Source: Plasmodiophora brassicae (Eukaryota). Taken from it: DNA of 64,000 nucleotides. The DNA lies in the NCBI GenBank assembly GCA_036867785.1, contig CP145419.1, positions 620,001 to 684,000 on the forward strand, read 5' to 3'. A model generated the notes under the pieces. The model was not told the DNA's origin. It did not search any database and worked only from the letters and a program-made list of their open reading frames with translations. Below, piece by piece: positions 35,517 to 46,400 of this stretch; positions within the stretch are counted from its first letter, which is position 1; every line of letters begins with the position of its first letter. Made by a program: the position numbers and the translations under genes.

Positions 35517-37424
35517 ACACTAAGGGCTAATGAGGAAAACAGACATGGTATGATGATGATCGACCTTAATGGTGTAGCGGCCAGCATAAAACAAAGAAGC
35601 AAAGTAGTCAGGTCGCTGCTAAAATACAACTTCCCAATTAAAATATACCACCAAATATGCAAAGGATTCATCGGGGGCAAACTAAATTACTACATGCCGA
35701 TACTTGGGGCAGAAACAGGTAAAGAAATGAAAAGTGCCATCAAGCCCCTAGAAACAGCTTACAATGAGTACATGAGGACATACTCAGGAGCGTTCAGATC
35801 CACACCAATTCCCCTCCTACACGCAATGACTGGATTTCCGCTATTACGAGACGCGATACGCACAAGCGCTACCATGACAGTCCTGTCAGCAATTGCCAAT
35901 GACACCCTGCTAGGTAGAGAATACAGCACTTGGGACGGTGAGGGAGATGGATGGAGCCCCCTAGGAATAGTGGGGAAGACCCTCAACGAGGACATGCCCA
36001 GAACGTACACTGAAGTACATCCAAAAGTAAAACTAAGTGAACAGACACTGGAAAAACTCTATCAGGTGCAATTCCACACGAGTTCTAGATCAGAAGCGAT
36101 CGAAAAACACCTCACAGACGAGCTACTACCCCAAGAACCACCTATAGAAATATGGACTGATGGAAGCCTGACCCCTGGGGAGAACGCAGGAGCAGCTGCG
36201 CTCGTCATAGACAATAGGGAGTACCCTCCCACTGAAACGGTGAGAGAAACCGCCTTAAGCCCGGTCATCGTCCGTTCCAGCTACGAAACAGAACTCATTG
36301 CATTAGGATGCGGACTGGACGTCGCCATCGATGAGAACTTCAACGACACCAAAGTACACATCTTCTCGGACTCCTTATCGTGGATCAAACAGCTGCAATC
36401 GCTCCCAACAAGGCCAAAAAGGGTGCACGACGAGGTCGCAGCTAATGCTGACAAGCTGGCCAACCTAATAGAGAATAACAACGAGGTACACATACACTTC
36501 ATCCCCAGCCACGTCCCAAAACCAGATGAAGAAAATACGGACACAAGTTCACAGAAGACCGAATGCTCGGAGTCGTATGTAAACACGGACACTGACAGGG
36601 AAAATCCACCCAGGCAAACAGGCACTGACCAATCCCCGAGTCGAGACTACGAAAACCCGCCAATCCACCCCAGATCGCAGATGGGGAATCAAACACAAAC
36701 ATCGGATACAGACAAAAGCAAAGCCAATGACGGCACGAACCACACGGGCCAAAGGGCAGAAGAAGAGGACAACACAAACACATCGCACGACTCACTACCT
36801 ACGCAAAATGCGTCATTGACTGAGGAAAGCAGCGAGGACGACTCGGAGACAGACTCGGAGAGCAGAAAAAGGATCAAATACCTGGAAATAGGTCATAACG
36901 AGGAGATTGACAAGCTCGCAAAGCGAGCAGCAAAGAAAGGACAATGTGGGGTAAACCACACACCACTCCTGTCCTCCTACAAACTCCACCTAAGACGACT
37001 AGCAGCCGAGCGGCTAGAAGACTACCTAACAAATAACATCAAAGACAGCAAGTGGGACGACTACCCGAAACGAAAACGATACATAGACGACGCATGGGAC
37101 ATCGCGTTCAACAGCAGAAAGCTACATACGCATCCACTTCTCAACAGAGCACGATCCGGGCACAGTGCAGCGCGTAAACACCTACACAATATTGACAAAA
37201 CAATGTCCGGAGAATCGGACCAATGCAGGCACTGCAACAGTGCTGAGGAGACTATCGAACACCAACTGGTACACTGCACTGCACTACGCCACAAACTACA
37301 ACATGAGCGCGAAACATACGAACGATTATGGAAAAACTCCTTCGCAGAAGCTCTATGGAAGTACGAAGACGAAATGACAAGAATACTCAAATCTGCAAAA
37401 TCCAAACGATGCATATTCATCTAA
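35517..37424 (+). CDS. Retrotransposon ORF2 C-terminal part: RT thumb, RNase H, CCHC knuckle
   Basis: KIYHQICKGFIGGKLNY, SGAFRSTPIPLL; RNase H IWTDGS, SSYETEL, IFSDS, HFIPSH...IGHNEEIDKLAK; RSGH; CRHCNSAEETIEHQLVHC. Confidence 0.88.
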   Translation, partial: TLRANEENRHGMMMIDLNGVAASIKQRSKVVRSLLKYNFPIKIYHQICKGFIGGKLNYYMPILGAETGKEMKSAIKPLETAYNEYMRTYSGAFRSTPIPLLHAMTGFPLLRDAIRTSATMTVLSAIANDTLLGREYSTWDGEGDGWSPLGIVGKTLNEDMPRTYTEVHPKVKLSEQTLEKLYQVQFHTSSRSEAIEKHLTDELLPQEPPIEIWTDGSLTPGENAGAAALVIDNREYPPTETVRETALSPVIVRSSYETELIALGCGLDVAIDENFNDTKVHIFSDSLSWIKQLQSLPTRPKRVHDEVAANADKLANLIENNNEVHIHFIPSHVPKPDEENTDTSSQKTECSESYVNTDTDRENPPRQTGTDQSPSRDYENPPIHPRSQMGNQTQTSDTDKSKANDGTNHTGQRAEEEDNTNTSHDSLPTQNASLTEESSEDDSETDSESRKRIKYLEIGHNEEIDKLAKRAAKKGQCGVNHTPLLSSYKLHLRRLAAERLEDYLTNNIKDSKWDDYPKRKRYIDDAWDIAFNSRKLHTHPLLNRARSGHSAARKHLHNIDKTMSGESDQCRHCNSAEETIEHQLVHCTALRHKLQHERETYERLWKNSFAEALWKYEDEMTRILKSAKSKRCIFI

Positions 37425-37860
37425 TGACAAAGCAACAGGCCGAAGGCCGACGAACAACGTATAAGGTGCAGAAGCGCTGCACCACCAAGGCAACGCCGCC
37501 TTTGTCCTGTGGGTGCCCGACAGCCCAGTAATTAAGTGTCGTTTAGGACTGACCATAGGGGGTCAATTGAGCAGGTGGAAGGTGAAGGGGCGCCTGTAAA
37601 AAGGTGACCACCTCCCACAGGGGGGTGGATGTCGTCAGTAGTGTAGGCCGGTCAACCGAAGTGAGGAAGACCAATCACCTACGAACCTTGGAGGACTCGA
37701 TGAGCCCTTAGACTCGCCCCGGAGCCGCCACCCTGCAAGACCCCAGAACAGAGGTGACAGACCGGCTCTGCCAGGTCGGGGAAAGTGAGCGTTCTGCGAG
37801 CCTCCCTACGGTCCTCGGATCCGAGAACGAGGCGCCTGCGTTAAAAGCGCGAAACACAAA

Positions 37861-37883
37861 TAAACTAAACTAAACTAAACTAA
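37861..37883 (+). repeat. (TAAAC)4+ retrotransposon 3' tail
   Basis: taaac taaac taaac taaac taa. Confidence 0.9.
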
Positions 37884-37895
37884 CTTTGCCGTCGA
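37884..37895 (+). repeat. Target-site duplication, right copy
   Basis: Immediately follows the TAAAC tail; identical to 35504-35515. Confidence 0.9.
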
Positions 37896-38467
37896 AGTAA
37901 GGTATGCGTGTGCTCAGGTCCGGCCATCGTCAGTGGGAGAAGTTCCCACTTCAAAGTCCGGATTTCTGGGACAGCGAAGTCCCAGCGCCTGTTATTATTA
38001 GGGCGCCCCGTCGCAGACAGTCGGGTGAGTTCCCCATGCGCGTGAGACTGGGTGTTGGCGCGGTATCCGCTCAAGTTCAAATTTTGTGCTTGGGTGTGGG
38101 CATTGTTTTTGGGGGCAAGCGATTCGACGCGGTCGTCGTCGTCCGGTTGGGACGAGCGCGTGGACGATCGGCTGTGTCTCGCCATCGCGGCCAAGCGGTG
38201 TCAGGCGTTCCAAGGGGCATCGGCCTACCGCTCGCTCGACAGCCATTGCTTATCTTCTTGCGTAATCGACGAACAGCGGCTCAAGCATGGAGGTCCGGCA
38301 GATTATGGTAATGCATTGTTAATTCTCTATCACATTTCCATTCATGTGGCGCTTTGTTCCGATAACTCGTTTGGAAAATTCGCCATGTTTACGTTATTTA
38401 TGTACAATATCGCTCCATGGATCAGGACCTACGTTTCAAATCATACCCGCGATTGCGGGATATTGTT

Positions 38468-38668
38468 CAACCGTTGGATTTGGAGGTTGTCTTGATGCTG
38501 TCAGAAGCTCCTCAATGGAGCGGCTCAATCGGCATTCTCTTACGGGGCGCAGCCATCCGTTTTTTTGAATTCTCCGTTTTGTGCCAACCCCAGCCAAAAT
38601 TCGGTTACACCCGTGACGCCGGAGCCGGCTCCTTTGGGAGAGCCGAGCGCCAGTTTATAAAATTCAAA
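38468..38668. promoter_or_regulatory. Candidate MSA (Myb) and CHR cell-cycle elements upstream of cyclin B
   Basis: TCCAACGGTTG on the minus strand at 38468-38478; CCGTT cores at 38557 and 38574; TTTGAA at 38564; TTCAAA at 38663. Confidence 0.3.
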
Positions 38669-38690
38669 CTGCTAGTCGTTCACTGACGCC

Positions 38691-40063
38691 ATGGTGATTG
38701 TCGGTCGACAGGGCGAGAACGCGATGGTGCGGCACGCTGGGAAGCCGGTCGGCGGCGCGCACGCTCAGACGAAACGTGCCCCGCTCGAGGATATCAGTAA
38801 CAATGTGACGACGAACAAGTACGCCAAGGTTGGCGAAGGCGCGGGCAACGCGGCGAAGCAAAAACGGGCTGTCAAATCCACGACCAACGTGCAACCTGCC
38901 GTTCTACCTCCAGCTACTGCTATGGAGCTGGATGACATCAAGCTGGAATTGGAAGTGTACGTGCGAACTCGCATTGGTCCAGTTGGTGCAAACTGAAGTT
39001 CCGCAGGGATATCGCTCATGCTGACGACCCTCAATGGGTGGCGGAATACGTCGGGGACATCTTCGACCATTACTTTGCAACTGAACGCGTCCACTCCGCA
39101 TCCCCCAAATACATGGACGCCCAAGCAGATGTCAGGCCCGAAATGAGACGCATCCTTGTCGATTGGCTCGTCGAGGTGCACAATATGTTCAAGCTGAAAC
39201 AGGAGACACTCTTCCTCGCCGTTAATATCCTCGATCGGTATGTGCGGTTTCCTTAATGCTTAGACAGTTCTGACTTAAAACGATGTAGGTACTTGTCAAT
39301 CCGTCAGATCAAACGCACTCGACTGCAGTTAATCGGCAGCACTGCTCTTTTTGTCGCTTGCAAATACGAGGAGATGTACGCCCCTGAAGTAGAAGACTTC
39401 GTCTACGTGTCTGACCGGGTTAGTCACCGAGATCGCACTGGTTTCTATCTGCTCAATGATATTACAGGCTTTCACTCGTGATGACGTTCTTCTATGCGAG
39501 TCTGAGTTCTGTATGGCTCTTGGATTCTGGTTTTCGATTCCAACGCCGTTTCATTTTGCTCAGCGATTCGTCCAGGTAATGAGCGCGCGTAATGTGTGTA
39601 CGTACGTCTCAGTAGCTTAGCCGGATTGTAGGTAGCATCGTTCGACGAACGTAATGCATTATTCGCCAGCTATCTGATGGAGCTTACTCTTCTTGAATAC
39701 TCGTTCGTGGTACGGTACCCTGATGTCGGGCTGTTTTCTCTGTTGTTAAAGATGCCATAGCAATATCCTCCTTCGGTCATTGCTGCGTCTGCGGTGTATC
39801 TGACCACATACTTCGATGGGCAACCATGGGCTGATCATTTGGTTCAACACACCCGATACGTGTACCAAGATATGCGGACGTGTGTCAAGGAGATGTATGC
39901 CCTGCTGGCAGCGGGGAAACTCAGCAACAGCGTCCAGAAGAAGTACAGCTCGAAGAGCATGAAGCGTGTTGCACAGATTGGGCAAGAAGTCGTGCAAGCT
40001 CAGATACGGCAGCATCAAGAGCAGGAAGTCGCTGCCGCCGCCGCTGCTGCTACTTCTCAGTAG
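38691..40063 (+). CDS. CCNB: B-type mitotic cyclin (multi-exon)
   Basis: D-box RAPLEDISN; DDPQWVAEYVGDIF; MRRILVDWLVEVHNMFKLKQETLFLAVNILDR; LQLIGSTALFVACKYEEMYAPE; YLMEL; VQKKYSS. Confidence 0.92.
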
Positions 40064-41150
40064 TAACCGCAAACGTCAGGTGTGCCTGTGCTGGCGCGCT
40101 CGGCAAGGAGCCCGCTGAACTGCACCCCAACCCTTTCTATATACATTGCTATATTCGATGAGACCCCATCCTTTCCTAGTCCGTGTCCCTTGCACAGTTC
40201 GAGCTCTATTGTGTATTGGGGGCTCTGCTGTTGGTACTGCCCTTGAGCCACCGGCCGTACCTTGGACAATTCAGCCATGTATCGACTGATTTCACGCTTC
40301 TTTGGGGTTTGCTCCCCAAGTCGTTCCCGGTTGCCATTCAGTAGCACAGCGTTTTTGAAGCGGATGTTGACGCTATAGTTTGGGACACGGGATGAGTATA
40401 CCGGAGCTTGGACTTCGTGGCCGAGCAGGTCAAGGCGGTTGCTTGCTAAGCAATTTCCCTTTGGGAGCGCGCGTTCGAATCGCGTCGAAGTCGTCTCTCT
40501 TTTTGCACCGACCTGACCCGGCTGATCGCATGGAGGGCGCCAATCGACTGATTGGCTCTTGAATCGCATCGTTGCTTGTGTGCTGCCTCGTCTATTCGAG
40601 CAGTGGTTTTCAGGAAGCCCGCCAACCAGGTAATCCCTCGGCAAGGATCGTCCTCCGATCCACTGAACAACGCGCATCTGGCCTATTCGCTATAGTCTGC
40701 GTGTCAAAATCTTACCAGATGTCTTCGATACCGACGACAATGGTTACGGGGCCCCCTGGCCTCCCGATGGTGAGCACTTCAACCGGCCATCATCCCGAAC
40801 CGATCGGCCGCATGACCTCGGACGCTTTATTTCGGCAAGGGTAGGCCTTGCCCTGTCGGTCAAAACCTGGGAATGCCTTCGAATGAAAACAGAATAGACT
40901 GGCGACTTGCCGTCAGATATAAGGCAGGGCTGTAGTCCAACGCCAATTGCTCGATCGGCGCTTGTCGAACCGCTGGCGTTATGGTGGTCGCTAAAGAGAA
41001 CTGTGTGCCTAGCACATTCCAGGACACCGTTTGTCTGCCCAGCAAACGGCCACTGTGGACCCACGTTAACGTGGCGTACAAGGAATCCATTCAGCTTGTG
41101 GGTCCACGCTCATTCCCTTCGGACATTGTTCCGCTTCCGAAATGCTTCGC

Positions 41151-41771
41151 ATGATCGAGTGTCTTGTAGTTGTCGCCGCTGCCCTGGTTCTCTATCATGG
41201 TCACGCCCAGATCGTATGCTTTTCATGTGGGCAGTCGGCGCCCGTGCCTCCTCCAACGTTAGCAGGTGTGCCGGAAACCCCGGCGCCAATTCACCTGGTG
41301 CCCACTCCGGCACCGACCTACGTAATGGAGACGCCTGCACCGACAGCTATCGTGCCCGCTCCAGTGCCCACCGTCTTCGTGCCAGCCCCGGCTCCCACGC
41401 CCGGCTACTACTACCCACCCACGCCAACAGCTCCAACGCCCACTCCACTTGTTATTCTTCCGCAAACGGTACCATCCCCTTGCCCTAACACGGCCTCACC
41501 CCAGTCGATCCCAACTGTTGTTTACCCGCCATCCCCATCGTACCCGCCATCAAGCACAACCGCGCCTCCGTCGATCCCCATCATTGCCTACACGCCGTCC
41601 CCAGCGTACCCGTCAACCGGCTCCATCACGCCACATTCCGTCCCTGCCGTCGTGTACACGCCATCCCCGACCGTGTACACGTCAACCGGCACCTATGTTC
41701 CTGCGCCTGCGACGGTCCCAGCCGGCGTCACTCCATCTACGGTGTACACGTCTCACGGCTACGACTACTGA
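41151..41771 (+). CDS. Secreted Pro/Thr/Tyr-rich (extensin-like) protein
   Basis: Signal peptide MIECLVVVAAALVLYHGHA, CxxC, then PAP and VY(T/P)PSP repeats. Confidence 0.75.
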   Translation: MIECLVVVAAALVLYHGHAQIVCFSCGQSAPVPPPTLAGVPETPAPIHLVPTPAPTYVMETPAPTAIVPAPVPTVFVPAPAPTPGYYYPPTPTAPTPTPLVILPQTVPSPCPNTASPQSIPTVVYPPSPSYPPSSTTAPPSIPIIAYTPSPAYPSTGSITPHSVPAVVYTPSPTVYTSTGTYVPAPATVPAGVTPSTVYTSHGYDY

Positions 41772-41903
41772 ATCGTTTCGATGTGCACCGCGCGCCAGTA
41801 ATAAACACTTTTCATCTTGGTCGGATCTCGTGCGCCTGGCGCCCTTGCCCGAGGGCGGACGCCGCTTGAAATAGACCTGGGTGTGGCATACCTCCCGTGC
41901 ATC

Positions 41904-43086
41904 ATGCGCGTCGTGCTCGTTGCCGCATGCTGCGTCGGCGGGTCGGTCCTGTCCGCGGCGCTGTTCATCGCGGCGAATCGTACGACCAGTCTGCCGAGGC
42001 GCTTTCCCGTTCTCGTCGTACTCCTAACGTGGATGGTTCCGTAGGGCTCTGGAAGCGATGCGCGCAGGCTGAGAAGCAGGCTGCCGACCTGCAGGTCAGC
42101 CTGAAGAAGGAGCGACGGAAACGCTTTGATGAACGAGTCGGGCGGACGAAGGCGGAGAGGCTCGTACGGGAACTGCGTCTTCAGACGAACCCGGCCGGTA
42201 TCGCTAGCTTGAAGCCGATTGGCGTCCTGCAAAGCGTGTTCCGGGACCGACGTGGCACGCCGCGCCAGTCGCTTCTCGTGCCCCACGCGCGCGCGCGTCT
42301 TACTCTCAACGTCGACGTCCAAGGCAAAGGTGATTGCCTGCTGTCCGTCGACGATGCTGCCGGCGTCATCTCACCGATTGCATCCGCAGCGAGCTTGGAA
42401 GGATTATCCGAGTTCTCGCACGTCTGGCTGATCGGAACGTTCCACGAGAACACGGATGGCGGAGCGGCATCCCGATTCAAGGCGAAGGTGGCTCCGCCTC
42501 GCCTGAACGGTGCCAAAGTGGGCGTGTTTGCCACGCGCTCCCCTCATCGACCCGTGCCGTTATCGCTGACCGTGGCCAGGCTTGATGCGGTCGTCGATGG
42601 GACGCTGTGGCTTAGCGGAGCCGACCTGCTAGACGGGACACCGATCCTCGATGTCAAGCCATACGTTGCTCGGTATGATTCAATTCCGGGTGCCACTTGC
42701 CCCGAATGGGTCGGAGACCTTGCCGTAGGACATTAGTCAGTCATGTTTGCAAGGCCACTTGTGTTCTGACCCGCCTGCGTCAATAGGTTGGAGAGACCGC
42801 AGGAGTCCTGATCGAGGATGACGCCGATCGCAACCTTTCCGATCTCGTTGCATCAATGCAATTCTACGACGACGCCGATGACGTCCGTGACCTGATTCGT
42901 GAGGTCCTGCAGCGCGACATCCGATCTGTCTACCAGGCTCAGCGACCAGAATCGCGGAACGAATCCTTCTGCGTTCGCCTAGACCGGCTTATCGTCCGCT
43001 ATACAGTCGGTGCCGGTCGGATCGTTACGGTCACTTCCATATCGCTCGACGGCGATACCCAAGAAAGAGCCGCCAGTACACAGTGA
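41904..43086 (+). CDS. TRMO: tRNA (adenine(37)-N6)-methyltransferase TrmO/TsaA family
   Basis: LKPIGVLQSVFRDRRGTPRQ, SLEGLSEFSHVWLI, KAKVAPPRLNG, GVFATRSPHRP, GADLLDGTPILDVKPY, PEWV; C-terminal LIREVLQRDIRS. Confidence 0.9.
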
Positions 43087-43496
43087 CCATTTGTTCGAAT
43101 CTGCGAAGAGCATGGTTGCCTCTCGAGTAGGATGCGCCGTTTGCTATCCTGCGCTCGAGTACTTTGGCCCTGATATACGCGCCTTCCTAGGCAACGATAC
43201 GTAGGTCGCTGGTGATCCCACGGAAACCAATCAGCGCGTACACAGTGACGTTGTCAGGCACAACATGACCAGATAGCTCGAGGATGGTCCACTTTGGTAC
43301 AGCCATCGTTCCGTCAACGGCCACGGCGCCTGCCTGCACCTTTACGCTGTACGGCTGGGAGCTCGCGCGTGTGGCTCCGAGCAGGCGAGATCGGCGAGGC
43401 CCGGAAATATTCTGCGACTTGGGAGGGTCGGGTCGGGTCCCCCTTTTCGTGCCACTTTGAGTCTGAAGCTGCATCAGGGACGTCGGTCGTCCAACG

Positions 43497-46400
43497 ATGG
43501 TGGTCGTCGGGGCGTCGCCATCGTCGACGACAGTTAGGTCGGCCCGGTGGGACGCGGCTCCGCAATCTGCCCCTGCTGACCGAGGGTTGTGTGTGTGCTC
43601 ACAGGCAGCTGTGTTACCATTTCAAGCAGACGGGGAGTTGCACGTACGGCGACAAATGCCGTTTCGTGCACGACCAGACCGTGCGTCCCACCGAGGGTTG
43701 TGTGTGTGCTCACAGGCAGCTGTGTTACCATTTCAAGCAGACGGGGAGTTGCACGTACGGCGACAAATGCCGTTTCGTGCACGACCAGACCGTGCGTCCC
43801 AGTGACGCCGGGTGGGTCGCCCAATGCTCGTTCTTCATGCGGAACAACACGTGCAAGTTTGGGGATTCGTGCCGATATTCACATGACCGCACCACCATGG
43901 AACACGGGTCGCCACAGGGGGCCACCCGCGCGCTCGACGACATCGCTCGTGACCTGCACCGCGTCTTATCGTCGCCGGCGCTTGCGCAGCAGGGCTCCGA
44001 GTGTCTATGGGTCGGGCGGGATCCCGTTCGGGTCCCGCCCTGGCGCCGGTTCCTATCCCCCAACTGGTCGATCAACCACCCGAGGCAAACGAGGCAATTT
44101 GCGCTGGCGTGCTTTCACGCCCTTCAGTCAGAGGGCGACAGTGGAAACTTCCTCAAGGCCCTGGGCGGTACAAATCCGGCCTCGACGTCGTCGCTTGTCC
44201 GGGACATCGTCCACAACGTGACGTACGATGCGACGTCGTTCCAGATAGCGTTGGTGCCATTCGTAATGGCGCTGGCGCACAGCAGGGTCGTCGCCGGTCC
44301 GTATCCGGCGTATTCTAACGCCATCTACGCTGCCGTCGTCCAACACATCGACAAGTTCGTTGAGGCCTACATCGCTGGTGTCACGTCTGTGCTGGAGTCG
44401 CCGACGCCTGTGGCTGTCATCGGCGAAGTGGACGGTTTCGTTCCCATGACAATCAGTCAGATGCTTATCCCGTTCGTTAACTTCCTGTACGTGCTCTGCA
44501 TGCGATTCCAACGGCAGACCGTGTTTCACGACGCCATCTCGAAGCAAGTTCCAGTCTTGTTCGATCTCTGCCGACGATGGTCAGCTCGACTTTCATCAAA
44601 CACGCTGTACGATGAACGCCTTGGCGCCATCGAGAGCGAGTTCGCTGTTGATTGCGTGCGGTCTGTCCTCGGCAAGCTCGGCTCGATCTGTGCCAACGCC
44701 GAGAATCAGCTGTCTCTAGCAGCAATCCTACAGAACGATCGCTCGACGCGGTCAGCATCTCAAGCAAACAGTCCTTGGGCGTCTCTTCCGCGTCCCATCC
44801 CACCGGGCACCGTCGACGGCGTCACTGAGCGCCGTCGTCATGACAATGACCATGTCCAGATCGGAGAGATCCGGGTCATCCCAACGATGGACGAGATCGT
44901 CTGCCCAGTGCCGCCGGCGTTGCCCGGGAACTTTCAGCTGGACCCAAAGGCGCACTGGCTGCCCAGTGGTCCAGCTCGCCTCCTTGATACCCACTTTAGG
45001 CTGCTCCGAGAGGACATGCTAGCGTCCATGCGACGTGGCATTCAGGCGTTCCTCGCGGAAGCACAGGACCCTGAGACCGCTGCCCGCGTCAAGACTGGCA
45101 GGTTCCGGGCCGCTGTCCAGGCCGGCAGCCGGCCTCAGCCGGACATCGACGTGTTCGTATATGCCAACGCCTGCATTGTCGGATACAACCTCGACGTCGG
45201 ACAGGGTCCGTTCCTCGAGGTGCGGTTCTCTGCACCGCCTGGCGCCGATTTGAACTTCTGGGAGCGACACCGCCGTTTGGAGAACGGCGTCATGGTATGC
45301 TTGCTGCTTCGCAAACCCCAACCCACTGCTGCGTACGATCTGCATTTCGGCATCGTGGTCAAGCACGATCCGAAAGCGCTCGCCGAGACGAGTTGCGTCC
45401 GCGTCGTTCTGCGTGGATCGCCCATTCCCGAAGACGTCGTCGGGGCCGCCCTATGCAGCGGCCGCGATGACGCCACCAAGTTGCAGTCGCCACACTATCT
45501 GCTTGAGTCGGGGAGCGTTCTGTACGACGTGTACTATCATGTACTGAGCGCTCTGCAACGCTTCGACCCCGGGGCACTTTCGTTCCCGGACCTGCTTTGT
45601 CCTTCTGCAGGTCACAAGGACGTCGTCGCCAACCCGCCGTTGTACGCGAGGCGTCCCGGTTTCCATTTCGACCTCAGCTTCTTGATCACGAAGGACCGCC
45701 AGCAAGACGATTTTCCGTGTCGTCTCATTGTTGGATCGCAGCAGTCTGCTGATGACTGCGTTGAGCGCTTGATTAGGCAATCGACCATGGATGAAGGCCA
45801 ATGCCGAGCATTGGTCAGCGCGCTTCGCTCAGAAGTGTCCTGCATTCAAGGCCCGCCAGGCACTGGAAAATCCTACGTCGGTGTGCAGATCGTACTGTCT
45901 ATCATCCAGGCATTATCGACTCGTTTGGGGCACTCTGGTCCCGTTCTTGTGATCTGCTACACCAACCACGCTCTTGATCAGTTCTTATGCCTGCTTTTGT
46001 ACGCCGGCGTTGACAACGTCTCCAGGATCGGTGGTCGCACCTCCAGCGAAAGAATTGAACCGTACGCGGTCCATAACAAGACACGCCCAGAACCGGATAA
46101 ATCCACCAAGCAAGCGTTGTCCGAGCTGTACAATAGACGAGAAGGTCTGGTCAAGTCGTTCAACGAGAACGTCATTCGCATGAAGACGCTTCACAAGATG
46201 ACCTGGACGACGCTAAAGGAGTTCCTGTCCGATCGGTATCCCGACGTCCTTGACGAGTTCATGAAGCATGCAGATCATGAAGACAATGATGACTCGTGGT
46301 CATTCGTCGGCAAGAACAACCGACGGTTGACCGTTCTGGAGGAATGGTTAGAGCATGGACCGCCATCTCGTGTGAACCGATGCGGCGACGTCTGGTCGAT

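Larger units (their letters stand above)
35516..37883 (+). mobile_element. 5'-truncated non-LTR retrotransposon (RNase H-containing, I/Ingi/Tad-group-like)
   Basis: A/C-rich composition shift; open frame from 35517; 3' tail of (TAAAC)n at 37861-37883; flanking 12-bp direct repeat CTTTGCCGTCGA at 35504-35515 and 37884-37895. Confidence 0.92.

Noticed and set aside
37690-37860. Possible hammerhead ribozyme (CTCGATGAG ... GAAAC)
   Set aside because: No exact CUGANGA core adjacent to the stem that precedes GAAA.
40057-41090. Minus-strand ORFs between cyclin B and the Pro-rich gene
   Set aside because: One segment near 40260-40380 looks exon-like, but I could not build a consistent gene model or recognise a domain.
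43294-43496. N-terminal extension of the 2159-aa ORF
   Set aside because: It starts at a non-ATG codon and reads through an intron. ATG 43497 with intron 43538-43604 gives a phase-compatible gene model.
43579-43801. CRISPR-like repeat
   Set aside because: Two contiguous 111-bp units with no spacers, in eukaryotic coding context.
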